A stretch of DNA of 63,313 nt, counting the filler, from Candidatus Fermentibacterota bacterium (lineage in GTDB: Bacteria > JAFGKV01): the NCBI GenBank assembly GCA_016928395.1. It is 7 parts of 7 records of this genome, joined end to end, with 100 filler letters (N's around TTAATTAATTAA, not from the genome) between each part and the next. Parts side by side here need not be neighbours in the genome. Positions count along the whole stretch, not along the records: positions 57,963 to 63,313 come from JAFGKV010000031.1; 6 more parts are not named here. The stretch is one strand, 5' to 3'. The notes below the pieces were generated by a model. It worked only from the letters and a program-made list of their open reading frames with translations. It was not told the origin of the DNA and did not search any database. Below are positions 58,673 through 63,313 of this stretch, in pieces (the first letter of the stretch is position 1; every line of letters begins with the position of its first letter). The position numbers were made by a program, and so were the translations under genes.

Positions 58673-60166
58673 TTGAGCCTGCTTAGGGTTCAGAGCGTGA
58701 GCAAGACCTTTGTGACCACGAGGGCTCTTCGGGAGGCAAGCCTGGCGATCGAAGAGGGGGAAATCCGAGGGCTCGTTGGAGAGAACGGCTCGGGAAAATC
58801 GACACTCGCATCGATCGTCTCGGGAATCATCACTCCCGACTCCGGCCAGATGTTCATGCAGGACAAACCCCATACCCCCAAAACCGTGCTCGAGGCCAAC
58901 AACGCGGGAATCAGTATCGTCGTGCAGGAAATGGGGACGATCGATGGTCTGACAGTGGCGGCCAACCTGTTTCTGGGCGAGGAGAGACGATTCACCAAGC
59001 GGGGGTTGCTCAAGACCGCCCACATGAACAAAGCGGCAAAGCAAGCTCTGCGCACCTTCGGGATCGAGAACATCGAGCCGGATGCAGACATCAGTGCGTT
59101 GTCATTCGAGGACAGAAAGCTCATCGAGTTCGCCAAGGCCCTTCATGTCGGTCCGGACCTGCTGATCGTCGACGAGACCACGACCGCCCTGTCCCAGCGT
59201 GGACGGGAAATCCTGTTTGGAGAGCTGCAGCGGCTCAAGGCCGCGAAGAAGTCGATCATCTTTATCTCGCACGATCTGGCCGAGGTGCTCGAACACTGCG
59301 ACACAGTCACCGTCATGAAGGATGGAGTGATCGTCGATACCCTGCCCACCGCGGGCTTGGACGAACGGAAGCTCAAGGAGCTCATGGTCGGCCGGGAGCT
59401 GCAGCAAACGTACTACCGGGAAGACAACGAGGCGTCCTACACCGACGAGGTGGTGCTGAGAGTCCGAGACCTTACCCTCAAGGGCTCGTTTTCCGACATC
59501 TCGTTTGACTTGCACAGCGGGGAGATTCTGGGAATAGGCGGCCTGACCAACTGCGGAATGCATGAGCTGGGCAAAGTCCTCTTCGGGCTGCACGCCGCCA
59601 CGTCGGGCTCCGTCGAGGCGGTCAGGCACGGCAGGAAGGTCTCGAACTACAGGGAGGCGATCGCCTGCGGGCTGGGGTACCTCCCGAAGAACAGGGACCA
59701 GGAGGGCCTGATGCTCCTTTCCAGCATCAAGGACAACATCTGCCTTCCCTCATTGTCCAGGCTGCGGAAGAACACCTTCATCTCTCCGAGGAAGGAACGG
59801 GAGCTGGCAGAAAGGGGAGCGCAACAGCTCAGCATCAAGATGAGCTCGATCAACCAGCTGTGCCTGTACCTGAGCGGTGGCAACAAACAGAAGGTCTCGC
59901 TGTCGAAGTGGTTGGTGAGAGACTCGGATATTCTTATCCTCGATTGTCCCACCAGGGGCATCGACGTGGCGGTCAAGGCGTCGATCTATACGCTGATGCA
60001 GGAGCTCAAGCGGCGAGGAAAGGCAATCGTGATGATTTCCGAGGAACTGCAGGAGCTCATTGGGGTGAGTGACAGGATCATGATCCTCAGAAGGGGCATC
60101 GTGGAGAACACCCTCAATCGGAGGGAGAATCTGAGTGAGGAAGAGATCATTCACTACATGATCTGA
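58673..60166 (+). CDS. Sugar ABC transporter ATP-binding protein (RbsA/MglA-like, two ATPase domains)
   Basis: GENGSGKST, LMVGR, LSGGNKQKV, PTRGIDV; AGGAGG RBS before TTG. Confidence 0.96.
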   Translation: MSLLRVQSVSKTFVTTRALREASLAIEEGEIRGLVGENGSGKSTLASIVSGIITPDSGQMFMQDKPHTPKTVLEANNAGISIVVQEMGTIDGLTVAANLFLGEERRFTKRGLLKTAHMNKAAKQALRTFGIENIEPDADISALSFEDRKLIEFAKALHVGPDLLIVDETTTALSQRGREILFGELQRLKAAKKSIIFISHDLAEVLEHCDTVTVMKDGVIVDTLPTAGLDERKLKELMVGRELQQTYYREDNEASYTDEVVLRVRDLTLKGSFSDISFDLHSGEILGIGGLTNCGMHELGKVLFGLHAATSGSVEAVRHGRKVSNYREAIACGLGYLPKNRDQEGLMLLSSIKDNICLPSLSRLRKNTFISPRKERELAERGAQQLSIKMSSINQLCLYLSGGNKQKVSLSKWLVRDSDILILDCPTRGIDVAVKASIYTLMQELKRRGKAIVMISEELQELIGVSDRIMILRRGIVENTLNRRENLSEEEIIHYMI

Positions 60167-60172
60167 TATCGG

Positions 60173-61096
60173 GTGACCCAGATGAAGGGGATCAAAAAGC
60201 TCATACCGTACATCGGACTGGCCCTGATCATTCTCCTTTTCGGCGTCCTGACGCAAGGCAAACTGCTGACCCTGCGCAATCTCAAGCTGGTCTTCAATCA
60301 GGCAGTGGTGCTGATCATTGCCTCAACCGGCGTGGCCTTCGTGATGGCGCAGGGCTCGCTGGATCTCTCGCAGGGTTCCCTTCTGGGTATCACAGGGGCG
60401 ATGACCGCGACCGCCGCCGCGCTGCATCCGGGCCTGGCGCTGCCCATGGCGCTTCTTACCGGCTTCGCCGTCGGGCTCATCAACGGCTCTCTGCTCGCCT
60501 TCCTCAAGATCCCGTCGTTCATCGTGACCCTCTGCGTGTTGTTCGTGCTCCGGGGTTTGACGGTGATTGCGACTCACGCCGGCTCGATTCCCGTGCCGAT
60601 GGAGATGCTGGCGTTCGACTCGTACGACATCAAGGTAACCCTTCTCGTGCTGATACTCGCCGGCGCGTACTACCTCTTCAACTACACGCAGACCGGAAAG
60701 GGCATGCGGGCGATCGGTTCCGGAGAGGTCGCAGCCCGCTATTCGGGCGTTCCCGTGGAACGGTTGAAGGTGACCGCATACTTGATTTCCGGCACGTTGT
60801 GCGGGCTCTGCGGCTGGCTGAACGTCGTGCGGACCGGCGCCGCAGATTCCAAAACGGGACTGCTGCTCGAGCTGGATATCCTGACCGCTCTGGTTCTTGG
60901 GGGCATGCCCCTCACAGGTGGATCGGGTGCCAAGCTGCAGAGCGCCGTCGTAGGCGGTCTGATGCTTGCCCTACTGGGCAACGGCATGGTGCTCGTCGGT
61001 ATCATGGCAGAGTTGCAGCAAGCGGTTAAGGGGGTGATCTTTCTGCTTGCCGTCTACCTGTCGTTCGAAAGAGAAAGCGCAGTCCTGATCAAGTAG
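60173..61096 (+). CDS. Sugar ABC transporter permease
   Basis: G.LDLS.G, KIPSFIVTL, AIGSGEVAARYSG, ALVLGG. Confidence 0.95.
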   Translation: MTQMKGIKKLIPYIGLALIILLFGVLTQGKLLTLRNLKLVFNQAVVLIIASTGVAFVMAQGSLDLSQGSLLGITGAMTATAAALHPGLALPMALLTGFAVGLINGSLLAFLKIPSFIVTLCVLFVLRGLTVIATHAGSIPVPMEMLAFDSYDIKVTLLVLILAGAYYLFNYTQTGKGMRAIGSGEVAARYSGVPVERLKVTAYLISGTLCGLCGWLNVVRTGAADSKTGLLLELDILTALVLGGMPLTGGSGAKLQSAVVGGLMLALLGNGMVLVGIMAELQQAVKGVIFLLAVYLSFERESAVLIK

Positions 61097-61229
61097 AAAG
61101 GGGGTGAGAAGGCGAGAGTACTGTCCGGGGCTGCCAGCAGCACGCAACAGCGTTCGAGGAGGTGCTCGGGGAGAAAGAACAATACTGCAAGATCAGGGGC
61201 GAACAAATATCCAAGAGGAGAGGTTGGAA

Positions 61230-62345
61230 ATGAGAACGAAGAACAAATTGGCTACGGCTTTGGCGTTGATTCTACTAATCGGTGTTCTGGGAGCGAACGT
61301 TGTGTTTGCAGAGGGCGGACAGGAGAAGCCGTACCTCTTCGGCGTGTCGATCTGGGCCGATTCGGATCCTCTGTCGAAGAAGGTCATCAGCAATCTTCGG
61401 TACGCAGCGGACGTGTTGGGGGCCAAGGTCGAGGTCGCCGTCGACGGGTTCAAGCCGGACAACCAGGTGAGCAACATCGAGAACCTGATCGCCCGAGGGT
61501 GCGACGCGGTCATGATCTGCAACTGCACAGACGCGGTTGTCCCCAAGATCGTCAAGCTCGCAGAAGAAGCCGAGGTCCCGTTGGCCCTCTACTTCCGAAT
61601 GATCAATGACCCCGAAATCAGAAAATACGCCGAGAGCGCCAAGTACTTTATCGGCAACGTTCATGAAGATGAGATCGCCGTTGGCTATGCCCTCGGGACC
61701 GCGATTGCGGACAAGGGCCGCAAGAACGCCGTCATCATCAACTACAACAAGGGCGATACCACAGCCGGAAACCGCTACGAGGGATACAAGAAGGCATTCG
61801 CGGAGCGGGGTGTGAAGCTGCTCGGAGAGCAGTGGGACATTCTGGATGCCGAGCCGGCCGTCAACGCGGTAGAGAGCTTCATCGCGGCTTTCCCCGAGCT
61901 CGACGCGATCGCCGTTGGCGGTGGCGGCGGCGGACCCCTGGCCGGAACGATCCGCGCAGTGAGAAACCACAACAAAATCGGCCAGATAAGCATCACGGCT
62001 TCGGACTTCGGACCGGACATCGAGGACAGCCTCAGGAACCAGGAGGTTGCGGCCATGTCCGGTGGTCACTGGACGGACCCCTTCTTCACCTTCATGCTTC
62101 TGTACAACTACGTGGACGGCCATCCGCTGAGCGACAAGCCGGTCACGATAACCATGGAACCGATCTACCTCACCTCCGTCGAGGAGGCCCAGCAGTACAC
62201 CAAGTGGTGCATGGATCAGCCTCCCTACAACGAAGAGGAGATCAAAAACATGACGGTCCGTTACAACAAGGACTTCACGCTGGCCGATCTCAGAGAGATC
62301 GCGGCCGCGTACTCCCTGGAAGATGTCATGGAGCGCCACAAGTAG
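61230..62345 (+). CDS. Sugar ABC transporter substrate-binding protein
   Basis: Signal peptide ending VFA-EGGQE; QVSNIENLIA.G.D periplasmic binding fold pattern. Confidence 0.93.
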   Translation: MRTKNKLATALALILLIGVLGANVVFAEGGQEKPYLFGVSIWADSDPLSKKVISNLRYAADVLGAKVEVAVDGFKPDNQVSNIENLIARGCDAVMICNCTDAVVPKIVKLAEEAEVPLALYFRMINDPEIRKYAESAKYFIGNVHEDEIAVGYALGTAIADKGRKNAVIINYNKGDTTAGNRYEGYKKAFAERGVKLLGEQWDILDAEPAVNAVESFIAAFPELDAIAVGGGGGGPLAGTIRAVRNHNKIGQISITASDFGPDIEDSLRNQEVAAMSGGHWTDPFFTFMLLYNYVDGHPLSDKPVTITMEPIYLTSVEEAQQYTKWCMDQPPYNEEEIKNMTVRYNKDFTLADLREIAAAYSLEDVMERHK

Positions 62346-62368
62346 GGTCCATCGGGTAGTCGAACGGT

Positions 62369-62402
62369 CGAAGGTCCTGCGGCACAGGCCGCGGGACCTT
62401 CG
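62369..62402 (+). terminator. Intergenic hairpin after the binding-protein gene
   Basis: CGAAGGTCCTGCGGC-ACAG-GCCGCGGGACCTTCG. No U-tract, so it is more likely an mRNA-stabilising stem. Confidence 0.45.
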
Positions 62403-62437
62403 CAACACCCAAATTGAGAAGGACGGATCGCGGGTAC

Positions 62438-63313
62438 ATGCTGAAGAGCTTGTTCAGAAGAATCCTGATCATACTGATACTCCCCTGTGCGGTCTATGCA
62501 CTGTTCTTCATTCTTCAGCCGCAGAGATTCGGAAACCCCCAAACCCTCTACATCATGTTCCAGCAGGCCTTCCTGCCCTCTATTTCCGCATGGGGACTGT
62601 GTTTCGTCATGACCCTCGGCCTCTACGATCTGAGCATCGGCGCCGTTATCATCTTTTCTGCGATCGCGGGAACCAATCTCGCGCTGCAAATCGGCGGCGT
62701 TCTGGGGTACGCAGGGCTCATCGTCGGCTGCGTCTCGGCCGCAGTCTTGCTGGAATTGGTCAACGCGACCGCTTACACCCTTCTCAAGATCCCGTCGATG
62801 ATCGTTACCATTGGGTTGATGATCCTCTACGAGACGGCGGCCAACTTCATGGGCAACGCAGTGTTACCCTATGAGCTCAGCATACTCGGGAGGGCGCCGT
62901 ACAACATCATCGTCGGAATCGTGACTCTCCTCATAGCCTACCTTCTGTATGACCGCACTCGAATCGGCATGCACATCAAGGCCGTGGGAGGCTCTGAGTT
63001 GATTGCCAAGAATGCGGGGGTCAACGTGCCGGCAGTCAAGATCTACGGTTTTTTGCTCTGCGGCATGTTCCTCGGCATCGCAAGCTTCCTGAGCGTAAGC
63101 TACGGAGGGGTCATCATCCCGTCGACGAGAATGTCCAGTATTTCGCGGCTGTTTCAGCCGCTCATGGGGTACTTCATTGCCATCGCACTCAAGAAGGTGT
63201 GCAACGTCATCGTTGGGGTCTTTATTGGAGAAATGGTGATCGTGATGGTCGTGACGGGCATGGTCACCATGGGCGTTCCCACCACCTACCAGCAGGTCGT
63301 CACGGGCTTGTTC
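62438..63313 (+). CDS. Second sugar ABC permease (3' partial; absent from the ORF track)
   Basis: MLKSLFRRILIILILP..., GLYDLSIG, KIPSMIVTIG, AVGGSELIAKNAGV; open to the window end. Confidence 0.92.
   Translation, partial: MLKSLFRRILIILILPCAVYALFFILQPQRFGNPQTLYIMFQQAFLPSISAWGLCFVMTLGLYDLSIGAVIIFSAIAGTNLALQIGGVLGYAGLIVGCVSAAVLLELVNATAYTLLKIPSMIVTIGLMILYETAANFMGNAVLPYELSILGRAPYNIIVGIVTLLIAYLLYDRTRIGMHIKAVGGSELIAKNAGVNVPAVKIYGFLLCGMFLGIASFLSVSYGGVIIPSTRMSSISRLFQPLMGYFIAIALKKVCNVIVGVFIGEMVIVMVVTGMVTMGVPTTYQQVVTGLF

Overview
This window is not one continuous locus. It is seven assembly contigs joined by artificial 100-nt linkers (N-run + TTAATTAATTAA + N-run): 1-6713, 6814-14093, 14194-18266, 18367-44837, 44938-50804, 50905-57862 and 57963-63313. 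Most of it looks like a high-GC Gram-negative bacterium, probably an FCB-group candidate phylum (inference from Tol-Pal, a C25 gingipain-like protease and many FlgD/T9SS-like C-terminal domains). Contig 1 is a defence-type island of two gene blocks. Block 1 is HNH nuclease, HIT and DUF429. Block 2 is a truncated type III R-M Res, a degenerate-HD/PD-(D/E)xK fusion and an EVE-like protein. The blocks are separated and bounded by same-orientation copies of a ~430-bp non-coding element with GGGACGTTGGTAAAATG-type inverted ends. Contigs 2-3 encode secreted proteins with C-terminal sorting-like domains and an M50 protease. Contig 4 is a housekeeping cluster: a GT-C-like gene with two paralogous membrane proteins, tol-pal, a MoxR module, nadC-birA-coaX-pdxA, ftsEX-like genes, holB, yaaT, rsmA, pdxJ and secDF. 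Contig 5 has an S9 peptidase, a methyltransferase, a RelE remnant and an AbiF/Abi_2 HEPN gene with an upstream hairpin RNA. Contig 6 has a fibre-like Gly-rich repeat protein, pseudogene debris and a probable selenoprotein (in-frame UGA plus SECIS-like hairpin) whose true start the ORF track misses. Contig 7 is a sugar ABC transporter operon that may come from a different organism. No rRNA, tRNA or CRISPR array was seen.
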